From NCBI GenBank assembly GCA_028681135.1, contig JAQUJC010000006.1:3189-67188 (forward strand): a DNA stretch of 64,000 bases, read 5' to 3'. Of this stretch, positions 28,633 through 37,190 are shown one piece after another. The translations under genes were made by a program, and so were the position numbers. Numbering within the stretch: the stretch's first letter is position 1; every line of letters begins with the position of its first letter. This DNA comes from Kiritimatiellia bacterium (GTDB lineage: Bacteria; Verrucomicrobiota; Kiritimatiellia; CAIQIC01; Lenti-01). The notes under the pieces are model-generated. The model was not told the DNA's origin and did no database searches. It saw nothing but the letters and a program-made list of their open reading frames with translations.

Positions 28633-29499
28633 TCAAGGTGCTAGGGGCACGACGGCGCGGGCGCGGTAGAAGCGGTTGGTGGGGAAGGGATCGACGACCG
28701 CGCGAGTCAAGGTAGGGGCACTGCCGGGGGCGAGCAGGCCATGGCCGCTGTCAGCCCAGACCGCGCCGTTGGTCATGGCCGGCGAGACCTCCAGCCGATA
28801 GAGGCGTGTGGGTTCGACGGTCCAGGTCACCGTGTTGGTGGCAGTGGCACGGGCATAGTCGGTAATGGTGAGGTAGCTGGCGAGATCGTCCGGGTCGGTA
28901 TCGGCATGATATTCGTCCACGTCGGACGCTCCATCGAGATCGTGATCTGCGCCACCGTCGCCGAGCAGGGCCAGCGTACCGACCGTTTTCAGTTCCCAGG
29001 CGTCGGGGATGCCGTCGCCATCGCTGTCGGGTCCGGCGTCGAGGGTATCGGTCTGCACGAATGCCTGGCTGTTGCTCAAGCTGATCCAGCCGACATTGGC
29101 ACCCCAGGCGGACCCACTCAAATTTCCGGTCAGCAGGTTCACGCGTGGGTGGCCGTTGGTCTCGAAGACAATCCAACCGATGTTGGCCCCGTAGGCATAG
29201 CCACGCAGATTGCCGAGGCCGTCGTGATTGACACCCCAGTCGTCGGCCGAGGCATTGGAATACTGCCAGCCGTTGGTCGGACCGTTGCCGATCCCGATCC
29301 AGCCACAATTTGCGCTCCAGACAAAACCGGTGCAATACAACTGTCCGATCACCGCGCCGTTGGCTCCGTCGCCGCGCGCATTGATCCAGCCAATGTTGGC
29401 TCCATAGGCCTGGTGATTTACGACGTTGATCGTGGTGGCTGCGGCAGCGATGCCGCATGCGCTCCCGAGCGCTGCGCAGAACGTGAGTAACCGGTTCAT
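28633..29499 (-). CDS. secreted repeat protein (4x YGANIGWI-type repeats) with TSP3-like DSDGDGIPDAWEL motif and C-terminal FN3-like domain
   Basis: It has a signal peptide and repeats of the form Y.ANIGWI/AWGANVGWI. The Asp-rich Ca-binding-like segment is PDSDGDGIPDAWELK...DHDLDGASDVDEYHADTDPDD. Confidence 0.6.
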   Translation of the reverse strand: MNRLLTFCAALGSACGIAAAATTINVVNHQAYGANIGWINARGDGANGAVIGQLYCTGFVWSANCGWIGIGNGPTNGWQYSNASADDWGVNHDGLGNLRGYAYGANIGWIVFETNGHPRVNLLTGNLSGSAWGANVGWISLSNSQAFVQTDTLDAGPDSDGDGIPDAWELKTVGTLALLGDGGADHDLDGASDVDEYHADTDPDDLASYLTITDYARATATNTVTWTVEPTRLYRLEVSPAMTNGAVWADSGHGLLAPGSAPTLTRAVVDPFPTNRFYRARAVVPLAP

Positions 29500-29511
29500 G
29501 GCGTTCCTCCT

Positions 29512-31332
29512 CTAGAACGCGTTGTTACCCAGCGGATTCGTGCCGGCATCAATCGCCTGAAGCGGTGCCGTCACATTGCCGCCGGCGTCCAGGAACGGAA
29601 TTTGTGCCGCACCGCTGAGCGTGCTTTCGCGCATGGCGTTGTGAATCCCGACCAACTCGATGCCGACGATATTCTCACTGCATTGGTTGCCGGACAGGTG
29701 GTGACCGTTGCCTTCGATGAGGATGCCCGAGCCTACGTTGCGGAAGACAAGATTATCCGTGATGGACAGGCTCTCACCCGCGGAGACGATCCCGTGCTCG
29801 CCGTTGCCCGTCACCACGACCTTGCTGACAGAACCCGACTGGATGTCATCGTCAGCAATGATGATTCCCCCCGTGGCATTGCCGCTCACAAATCCGCCGG
29901 CCACGACGACTGTGCCGGTGATCGAACCGGCGACGGGTGGTACGCTCAGGCCCGCACCGCTGTTGCCGACCAGATCGTTGGCCTCGAAGATCATCTCACC
30001 CCAGCGATTCACGCCCGAAACGGGCAGTTCGGCGCGGATGCCGTCGCCGCCGTTGTCTGCCGCGCGGCAGCCCGAAAAGCGCCAGATGCCGCCGCGTACG
30101 CTGATTCCTTGGGTGCCGTTGCCGGAGGCGTTGACCCGCCGGACGGAGCCCGGCTTGATGCCGTCATCCCCGAGGACGATCAGCCCGTCCAGGATGTTGG
30201 CGGAAAAGTCAGAACCTTCCAAGTCGATCGAGCCCTTGTCACCCCCCTCGACGTACAGGCCATGCCCGCCGTTGCTGGTAAACTCGCCTTTGACATCCAT
30301 CAGTTTTATGAAGCTGCTCACGGGGCTCAAAACGATGGTCACGCCATTGCCGCCGTTGTCCATCGCTTTGTTGCTCTGGCCTTCGACGCCGGCGAACTTG
30401 ATAAACAAACGTGCGTCCGTTCCAGGCATGTCGATGTTGATCCCATCGCCGCCGTTACGGGAACACTCGCCCTCGACACCATCGATTTTCATGAAGCAGT
30501 CTGCCGCCGCTAAGTCGATATGGATGCCGTCACCACCGTTGTCCTCGAACGAAGTGCCTGAAAAACGGCAAGTGACGCGGACTGTATTCGCGTCGATGAT
30601 CTTCAGTCCATCGCCGGTATTGCCGTTCACCCGGCATGTGTCGAGATCGAGATCCAGCGCCTCGCCGACCGCGGTGGATACCCATGAAATGCCGTCTCCC
30701 GTATTGCCGGAGAGTTCCGACTGGCTGATCTGTATCGCGCCCATGCCGACCAAAACCACGCCGCCGCCGCCGTTGGCGATCGCACGAACGTTTTGGATGA
30801 TGCTCTTCTGCATATCGTGGCTCGTCCTGGCCACGCCGGCCAACCCAGCATCTTTCGCGATAGCATCGATCAGTTCGCCTTTGTTCATCGCCACGCCGTT
30901 GCCGCCGACGCCGTAGATCTGGATATCGCGGATGGAGAGAAAACCCGCATCGGGCGCATGGATGCCGTCGCCGCCCCAGTCGCGCAGCACGCCGTTCCGA
31001 ATCTTCACGTTCTCGACACCGGCCGCCACCTTGATGCCGTGGCCGCTGCCGAGAGGATCGCCGGTCAGGACGAAGCCATTGAGATCGATTGTCACGTCCG
31101 GTGCGGTCACCTCGATACCGTTGCCGGATCCGAGCGACAGATTGCCCGTGACGGCATATGCGCCGGGGTTGGTGATGCTGAACGGCAGCGCGCTGATGAT
31201 CTGGCGCGGCTCGATCTGCTCGAGCGTCCTCATGGTCGCGCTCGGCGCGCCCGGCGGGATCAAGTCCCCCTGCGCCAACGCCCCGCACACCCACACGCTC
31301 CACGCCAGCATTGCTGTCAGGTATTTATTCAT
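29512..31332 (-). CDS. secreted right-handed parallel beta-helix repeat protein (pectin-lyase-fold)
   Basis: It has a signal peptide and multiple NGGDGI/GNTGDG/GNGGNGV repeats spaced ~22-25 aa apart, typical of PbH1 repeats. Confidence 0.7.
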   Translation of the reverse strand: MNKYLTAMLAWSVWVCGALAQGDLIPPGAPSATMRTLEQIEPRQIISALPFSITNPGAYAVTGNLSLGSGNGIEVTAPDVTIDLNGFVLTGDPLGSGHGIKVAAGVENVKIRNGVLRDWGGDGIHAPDAGFLSIRDIQIYGVGGNGVAMNKGELIDAIAKDAGLAGVARTSHDMQKSIIQNVRAIANGGGGVVLVGMGAIQISQSELSGNTGDGISWVSTAVGEALDLDLDTCRVNGNTGDGLKIIDANTVRVTCRFSGTSFEDNGGDGIHIDLAAADCFMKIDGVEGECSRNGGDGINIDMPGTDARLFIKFAGVEGQSNKAMDNGGNGVTIVLSPVSSFIKLMDVKGEFTSNGGHGLYVEGGDKGSIDLEGSDFSANILDGLIVLGDDGIKPGSVRRVNASGNGTQGISVRGGIWRFSGCRAADNGGDGIRAELPVSGVNRWGEMIFEANDLVGNSGAGLSVPPVAGSITGTVVVAGGFVSGNATGGIIIADDDIQSGSVSKVVVTGNGEHGIVSAGESLSITDNLVFRNVGSGILIEGNGHHLSGNQCSENIVGIELVGIHNAMRESTLSGAAQIPFLDAGGNVTAPLQAIDAGTNPLGNNAF

Positions 31333-31494
31333 GGCGAAACCCTCTGTTTTTTATTTGTTTCATCGAGTCCGTCCTCCGCGCTTCTCCACCGGAATTAAGA
31401 CTACAATGTCTTAATATACCACAACACAAACCAGGTCAATAGAAATAGTGGAGAAAATTACGAAAAAAATAACACGGCCGTTATGCCGGCCCCT

Positions 31495-31971
31495 TCATAG
31501 CCAGCGGCGCACACGGGAGCAGTAGCGCCGATAGGTGTCTTTGAATGTTATCTCCAGTTGTTTTTCTTCTTGCCGGATGAAAAAAACCGCGAAGAGCGCA
31601 CCGAGCGCCGGAATCACCAACCACGGTGTCGCCGTTCCCAGCAAACCGGCAACGCCCGACAACATCAGTAGAATTCCGAGGTACATCGGGTTGCGCGAAA
31701 AGCGAAATGGCCCGCTCGTGACCAGCCGGTGCGGTCTGCCAAAGGGGGTGGGGGTTGTGCGATGACGACGGAATATTCGGAGGGCGTAAGCCGCAAGGGC
31801 CGCGCCGACCAGCAGGGGGACAGCACCCCATAGCGTCCACGGAAAAGAGAGAATCTGTCTGATGGGGACCAGAAAATGGGCTGCCAGCATGGCACCGAAA
31901 GCGGTCCACACATAAACCGGGGGCGTTGGACGCTTCATGGGGTCATCCGCCCCGCCGCAAATTTCGGGCAA
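31495..31971 (-). CDS. isoprenylcysteine carboxyl methyltransferase (ICMT)/phospholipid methyltransferase family membrane protein
   Basis: It has 3-4 TM helices. The conserved SGPFRFSRNPMYLG motif and the C-terminal EE..L...F motif are present. The start may be the Met at 31938. Confidence 0.7.
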   Translation of the reverse strand: MPEICGGADDPMKRPTPPVYVWTAFGAMLAAHFLVPIRQILSFPWTLWGAVPLLVGAALAAYALRIFRRHRTTPTPFGRPHRLVTSGPFRFSRNPMYLGILLMLSGVAGLLGTATPWLVIPALGALFAVFFIRQEEKQLEITFKDTYRRYCSRVRRWL

Positions 31972-32030
31972 AGACGCCCTGAGACGATGCGGCGGGGGAA
32001 TGGCGTTTATTTATTGTTGTTGCCCGGGGA

Positions 32031-32192
32031 TCAGGTGATTTTTTCGAAATCACTTTTGGGTACGCCGCATTCTGGGCAGACCCAATCATCGGGTAAATCG
32101 TCGAAGGACGTGCCGGGCGGTTGGCCGTTTTCCGGATCGCCTATCGCGGGATCATAAATGTAGCCACAAACGGTGCAGAGGTACTTATCCAT
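32031..32192 (-). CDS. rub: rubredoxin (53 aa; not in supplied ORF track)
   Basis: I translated the minus strand to [53 protein letters not shown]. It has both rubredoxin CxxCG...CPxCG knuckles and the DLPDDW motif. Confidence 0.85.
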   Translation of the reverse strand: MDKYLCTVCGYIYDPAIGDPENGQPPGTSFDDLPDDWVCPECGVPKSDFEKIT

Positions 32193-32215
32193 GTCGGTCC
32201 TTTCGGTTTGTTATG

Positions 32216-33235
32216 TTAATCAATTCGCTCGGACGATTGGGCCATGAACCCCTCGGGGTCCATCAACAGTTTGATGTATTGGGCCCGAGTATAGACCCAC
32301 GGATCACGGGTGTTGCGGTGGCTGAGTTTGCCGCGGAAGGCCGACAGCGAGTCGTAGCCGTGAGACGCCATCCATTCCGTGAGCTGTTGGAGCATCACCG
32401 GAATGTGCTCCAGACCGTGACGCATCAGGGAACTGACGGTTTGGACCGTTGTGGCACCGGCCAGAATCATCCGGATGATATCGGTGCCGGAAAAAATGCC
32501 GGTACTGGAGCAAATATCCGCCTGGAGGCCCCCCGCCAGCAGCCCCGCGTAGCGCAAGGGCAGCCGATGGTCGGCTTCATGACTGAGAGTGAACGCCAGG
32601 GCGCTGTGTTCCTGCTCGATGTCGATTTCGGGATCGAACAGCCGGTTAAATAAAACAAAGGCCGCTGCCCCTGCCTCGTCCATGCGGTGGACAACATTCA
32701 GCGGATTGGTATAGAAATAACTCAGTTTGACGCTCAGCGGGATGCGAACGGCTTGCGTCAGATCGTGGATCAACTCCAGTTGTTCGCTCTCCACGGATTC
32801 TGCGGGTTGCTGTCCGTTGTGTGGGGAGGCAAACAGGTTGCACTCCAACCCGTCCACGCCCGTATCTTCCAGGCGTTTGGCATACTCCAACCATGTGGCC
32901 TTGGTCATGGCATTTAGACTGGCAATCACCGGAATGCCGATAGCCTCTTTGGCCTTTTTGACCCAAAAGAGGTGTTCTTTGGGGCCGCCGTGCTGCACCT
33001 GGGGTGCCACCGTGATCATTTCAGCGGAACGGGCCTCTTCGCGATGCAGGGTTTCGTCGAATTCAAAGCGTTCGAGCTGAATTTGCTCTTCGAAAAGCGA
33101 GGGGGTCACGATGGCACCGGCCCCCATGGCCTCGATCTGCTGGATGGTCTCCACATTGGCGGTCAAGGGCGATGCCCCGACCAGAAGGGGATTGCGCAAG
33201 GGAAGGCCCATATAGGTGGTGGTGAGGTCTGCCAT
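32216..33235 (-). CDS. dihydroorotate-dehydrogenase-like FMN TIM-barrel oxidoreductase (DHOD/DPD family)
   Basis: The N-terminus reads GLPLRNPLLVGASPLT. It has a TIM-barrel Gly-rich phosphate-binding end (GGLQADICSSTGIFSGTD). It lies in an operon with the FNR-like and flavodiiron genes. Confidence 0.6.
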   Translation of the reverse strand: MADLTTTYMGLPLRNPLLVGASPLTANVETIQQIEAMGAGAIVTPSLFEEQIQLERFEFDETLHREEARSAEMITVAPQVQHGGPKEHLFWVKKAKEAIGIPVIASLNAMTKATWLEYAKRLEDTGVDGLECNLFASPHNGQQPAESVESEQLELIHDLTQAVRIPLSVKLSYFYTNPLNVVHRMDEAGAAAFVLFNRLFDPEIDIEQEHSALAFTLSHEADHRLPLRYAGLLAGGLQADICSSTGIFSGTDIIRMILAGATTVQTVSSLMRHGLEHIPVMLQQLTEWMASHGYDSLSAFRGKLSHRNTRDPWVYTRAQYIKLLMDPEGFMAQSSERID

Positions 33236-33295
33236 GGTCTTTTTCCTTTCTATGAGATGGGCGGCGGCGGATGGCGGTCGCTGAGGATTTTCATA

Positions 33296-34045
33296 TCAGG
33301 TGGCCGGCGGATTTACGGGTGGCGCTTTGGGGGGCGGCGACGAGCTCATCACCTCGGTATGAATCCGGGCGGGATCGCTCCCGAGTGCCTGAATATTATT
33401 CAGCAGGAGGTTGTGCATTTGCGGTGGACCACAGAGATAGACCTCGGCGTTGGCCACGTCGGCATATTCCGCGATGGTGGCCGCATCCAGCAGTCCGGAG
33501 CGGCAGGTTTCGGCGCGGCCCGGAGTACAGGCGGTCACGGCCGCGTCGTCTTTCCACAACACATGGACGATCTGTAAGTCGATCTTCTCCGCGATGGCTT
33601 GCAGTTCCGCGCGATGAATGATGTCTTCAACGGTATTGTTGGCCCACAACAGGACCATCCGGTTCTGGGTTCCGACCCGTGCCCAATGGCGCAACACGCT
33701 GAGAAACGGCGTGACGCCAATTCCGCCGGCAATGAAGGTGAGGCGGGGCTGTTGTTCCACATTTTTACAGAATGCGCCATAGGGGCCGCGAACACGAACG
33801 TCCGTTTCCGGTGTGGCGTGTTGCAGCGCGGTCGTGAAGGGGCCAACTGCTTTCACTGTAATGCGGAGTTCATCCTCTTCCGGCGCGCTGCTGATCGTAA
33901 AGGTGTACTCGGACGACCAGGTCTCCCCCTGGCGGATGCTGAAACGGAGGAACTGTCCCGGCGTCCAGGTAGCAAACGGCGGATCCCCGATCGTCAGGGT
34001 GACAATCCGAGGATTCTCATTTACCACTCTCGTCAGGGTTGCCAT
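33296..34045 (-). CDS. ferredoxin-NADP reductase-like FAD/NAD(P)-binding oxidoreductase
   Basis: The FAD-binding R.YS/T-like motif (SSEYTFTISS) and the NAD-binding GGIGVTPF motif are present. It carries the C-terminal LCGPPQM. Confidence 0.7.
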   Translation of the reverse strand: MATLTRVVNENPRIVTLTIGDPPFATWTPGQFLRFSIRQGETWSSEYTFTISSAPEEDELRITVKAVGPFTTALQHATPETDVRVRGPYGAFCKNVEQQPRLTFIAGGIGVTPFLSVLRHWARVGTQNRMVLLWANNTVEDIIHRAELQAIAEKIDLQIVHVLWKDDAAVTACTPGRAETCRSGLLDAATIAEYADVANAEVYLCGPPQMHNLLLNNIQALGSDPARIHTEVMSSSPPPKAPPVNPPAT

Positions 34046-34080
34046 GGGGATGCCTACAGAATCCGGCTGATCAGAGGTGA

Positions 34081-35250
34081 TCAGAGCTCGGCGTGTTTGT
34101 CCTTGATTTGGTCCGCCAGTGCGTCCAGGGCCGTGAAATCATCTGCGCACGGAATGCCTTTGCACATCACCGTGCCGAGGAGGTCCACCTTGAGATTGGG
34201 GATCGCGCCGGCGATGTGTTCGACGGCCTTGGTGGCCCAGCCGTACGAGCCGATGACAGCGGCATATTTGACTTTAGGGCGCAGGGCATTGGCCAGATGG
34301 GCCGCATACACGACCGCGGGATGCGGGCCGACCTGCACGGTGGGGGTCCCGATCACGATCGTGGCGGCATCCACCATCGCCATGGCCAGCTTGCCGATAT
34401 CGGTGACGGTCAGATCAAAAACATGGACTTTGACGCCGCGCGCCGCCAGGGCCCCGACCAGGTGGTCGACCATTTGCTGGGTGCTGCCGTGCATGGAAAT
34501 ATAGGGCAGCACGACTTCATTTTTGACCGTATCGGACACCCAGTCGCGGTAGGCATCGAGAATGAACGCCGGGTCGTCATACATCGGCCCGTGGCTGGGG
34601 GCGATGATCTGGATGTCGCGCGTTTCGACTTTGGCGATGTTGGAGCGAATGATCGTCTTAAACGGCATCATGATTTCCGCATAATAGCGCTTGGCGGCTT
34701 CATAGACCGTGGGTGGGTCTGCCACGTAGAGGTCAGTGGTCGCCAAGTGCGACCCAAAGAAGTCGCAGGAAAAGAGGATGCGGTCTTCCGTGAGATAGGT
34801 GCACATGGTTTCCGGCCAATGGACCCAGGGGGTCAAGATGAACTCCAGTGTTTTGCCACCCAGATCGAGGGTGTCGCCATCCTGAACGATCATAAAGCAG
34901 TCCTCGGGCAGGTCGAGCAGGTCCATCAACATGCCCTTGGCCTTGGTATTGGTGACGACCTTGGCGGCGGGATACTTGGCCAACACATGCGGAATGCAGC
35001 CGGAGTGATCCTGCTCCGCGTGCTGCGCAACAATGTAATCGACCGTGTCCACTTCTTCGAGCTGGCGTTGGAGCACATCCCACGTCTCGGGATCGACCGT
35101 ATCCACCAGCGCCACCTTGTCGGTGCCGCGCACCAGATAGGCATTGTAGCTGGTCCCGTCCGGCAGTGGGATCAACGAATCGAAGAGCCGCCGGTTCCAG
35201 TCCACTACCCCCAGCCAACTCACGCCATCTGTGATTTTACGCAATTGCAT
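34081..35250 (-). CDS. flavodiiron protein (FprA/ROO-type O2/NO reductase)
   Basis: It has a metallo-beta-lactamase-like di-iron domain (SYNAYLV, HAEQDHSG) followed by a flavodoxin-like domain. The start was chosen at MQLRKITDGVSW, which aligns to FDP N-termini. Confidence 0.85.
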   Translation of the reverse strand: MQLRKITDGVSWLGVVDWNRRLFDSLIPLPDGTSYNAYLVRGTDKVALVDTVDPETWDVLQRQLEEVDTVDYIVAQHAEQDHSGCIPHVLAKYPAAKVVTNTKAKGMLMDLLDLPEDCFMIVQDGDTLDLGGKTLEFILTPWVHWPETMCTYLTEDRILFSCDFFGSHLATTDLYVADPPTVYEAAKRYYAEIMMPFKTIIRSNIAKVETRDIQIIAPSHGPMYDDPAFILDAYRDWVSDTVKNEVVLPYISMHGSTQQMVDHLVGALAARGVKVHVFDLTVTDIGKLAMAMVDAATIVIGTPTVQVGPHPAVVYAAHLANALRPKVKYAAVIGSYGWATKAVEHIAGAIPNLKVDLLGTVMCKGIPCADDFTALDALADQIKDKHAEL

Positions 35251-35405
35251 CTGCCAATCTCCGTTTAACTGTTCTGTGGACTCATTGGGTTTGAGTCCTC
35301 TGTGTTGTGTTGCGCCTACTTTACACAACGTCGACGAGAAGCGCAAACGGACAGATGAATTCGCTGCGAATACGGGCGGAAGCAACGACAACTCAACAGG
35401 GGGGG

Positions 35406-36674
35406 TTACTGATAAGGGCTGCGCTGGCCGAATTGTGGGCCGCGGTGAACGGCGGCATAGCTGAAATCCTTATCGAGCAGCTTGTGGCGGAAGCGGGATA
35501 CATCGACTTGATCGCGGATCAAGGCACCGTAAAAACCGGATTTCTGAATGTCGCCCACGAATACCATGCCCACGATACGCCCATCTTTTAGCACGAGCTT
35601 CTTGTAGATGGCATCCCCCTCGGACAGGCTGACCACTTCGACATTCTCCCGGCTATCGCTGTCCACCAGCACCTGACCAAGGGAAATCGCCGGAATCTGA
35701 TGAAATTGAACGGCATTCTGGATGCCGACAGCACCGGTATAGGGCCGAGTCCGGCCAGCCATGTTATAGGCGGCGTACTTGCCTTGCAACACGGCATTGA
35801 ACCAGGTGGCCGAGGGCATTCGCTTGCCGGTACTGACGTCATCGATTTCGATGGCGTCGCCGGCGGCAAAAATGTGGGGGGCCGAGGTTTGCAGCCGATT
35901 GCTCACCCGAATACCCCGTGCCGTTTCGAGACCGGCTTGAGCCGCCAAGCCCTTGTTGGGCTCGGTGCCGGTCGCCACGATGACGAAATCGGCCTGCACC
36001 TGGGGCTTTTCGGCGAGCATGACGCCGGTGGCGCGGTCAGACCCGTTAATCGCGGCTACGCTTTGGTTGAGAATGATCTGGACGCCCATCCGTTCCAGAT
36101 CCCGGTGGATAATGGTGGCGCCTTGGGCGTCGAGTTGGTTGGGCAGGATTTGGCCGCAGCGTTCGACTACGGTCACCTTGAGCCTCTTGCGTGCCAACGC
36201 ATAGGCGGCCTCCAGCCCGGCAAATCCTGCGCCGATGATCGCGACGGTTTGCGTCGGTGATGTTTGGGCGGTGATCGCCTGGGCATCTTTTAGGGAATGG
36301 AAGGTGCAGACGCCCTCGAGGTCGCAGCCCGGGATGGCGGGCAACCAGGGGCGGGACCCCGTGGCCAGCAGCAATTTATCGTAGACGACGGTTTCTCCGT
36401 TGTCACAGATCACCGTGTTGGAGCCGGGTCGAATGCTGGTGACCCGCACGCCGGAGGAATAGTGAATCCGGTGATCGGCCGCAAAATGATCGGTCTTGAA
36501 ATACAGGTCACGTTCCTGCAGGCGCCCGTCTGCGTAGCGTGAAATCAGGCAACGCGAATAGGGCGGTCCGGCCTCTTCGGTGAGGATGCGGATGTCTCCG
36601 TCCGGGTCGAGTTTCCGGAGGTCTTCGGCGGCTTGTGCGCCCGCCGCGCTGGCACCGATAATGACATAGGTCAT
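35406..36674 (-). CDS. FAD-dependent pyridine nucleotide-disulfide oxidoreductase, NAD(P)H:rubredoxin oxidoreductase (NorW/NROR-like)
   Basis: The start MTYVIIGASAAG carries the GxGxxG motif, and a second dinucleotide site VAIIGAGFAGLE is present. The true start at 36674 overlaps the cooF-like stop (ATGA). Confidence 0.8.
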   Translation of the reverse strand: MTYVIIGASAAGAQAAEDLRKLDPDGDIRILTEEAGPPYSRCLISRYADGRLQERDLYFKTDHFAADHRIHYSSGVRVTSIRPGSNTVICDNGETVVYDKLLLATGSRPWLPAIPGCDLEGVCTFHSLKDAQAITAQTSPTQTVAIIGAGFAGLEAAYALARKRLKVTVVERCGQILPNQLDAQGATIIHRDLERMGVQIILNQSVAAINGSDRATGVMLAEKPQVQADFVIVATGTEPNKGLAAQAGLETARGIRVSNRLQTSAPHIFAAGDAIEIDDVSTGKRMPSATWFNAVLQGKYAAYNMAGRTRPYTGAVGIQNAVQFHQIPAISLGQVLVDSDSRENVEVVSLSEGDAIYKKLVLKDGRIVGMVFVGDIQKSGFYGALIRDQVDVSRFRHKLLDKDFSYAAVHRGPQFGQRSPYQ

Positions 36675-37168
36675 GGTACATTTCCTTTGGCGTTGAAAAC
36701 TGGTTCGGGTACGTCGCTCACCGCCAGCACGTTCATGGGACAGGCGGCGACGCACGCCGGGGTGTCTAGGTTCGGGCACAGGTCACACTTCAAGGCCACA
36801 GCAAAGGAAGATTGATCTTCGCCGCCCGCGTCGTAGGACGGTGAAATAACACCATAGGGACAGGCCATGATGCACATCCAGCAACCTACGCACTGCTGCT
36901 CGTGGCCGACGTTGTTGACGATTCCTGTCTCGGGGTCTTTCTGCATGCAGCCAGCCATGCAGGCGCTGACGCACAGCGGCTCGACGCAATGGCGGCACAC
37001 CAGCGGCACGGGTCCGCGGTCGTATTCGATCAGAATGCGGCTCTTGGGCTCCGGCTTTTCCAGCGTGGCGAGGGCGGCGTTGCCCGCGCGAGAATGCGCG
37101 GCGATGCACGCTTGTTCGCATCGGCGGCAACCTGTGCAGTCTTCAGCTGTTACAGTCAGTTTTTTCAT
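36671..37168 (-). CDS. cooF: CooF-like 4Fe-4S ferredoxin (iron-sulfur electron-transfer subunit)
   Basis: Four Cys clusters are present (CTGCRRCEQAC, CRHCVEPLCVSAC, CVGCWMCIMACP, CDLCPNLDTPACVAACP). It lies immediately downstream of cooS. Confidence 0.8.
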   Translation of the reverse strand: MKKLTVTAEDCTGCRRCEQACIAAHSRAGNAALATLEKPEPKSRILIEYDRGPVPLVCRHCVEPLCVSACMAGCMQKDPETGIVNNVGHEQQCVGCWMCIMACPYGVISPSYDAGGEDQSSFAVALKCDLCPNLDTPACVAACPMNVLAVSDVPEPVFNAKGNVP

Positions 37169-37190
37169 TGCATGTCTCCTGGGGCTGGAT

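Noticed and set aside
28633-29499. Considered whether the C-terminal F(F/Y)R(V/A) motif shared by three exported proteins is a novel sorting signal.
   Set aside because: The same aromatic-x-aromatic-x-V last-strand pattern occurs in the internal FN3 domains of the giant protein (YYYWVTA). So it is most simply the terminal beta-strand of an FN3-like fold.
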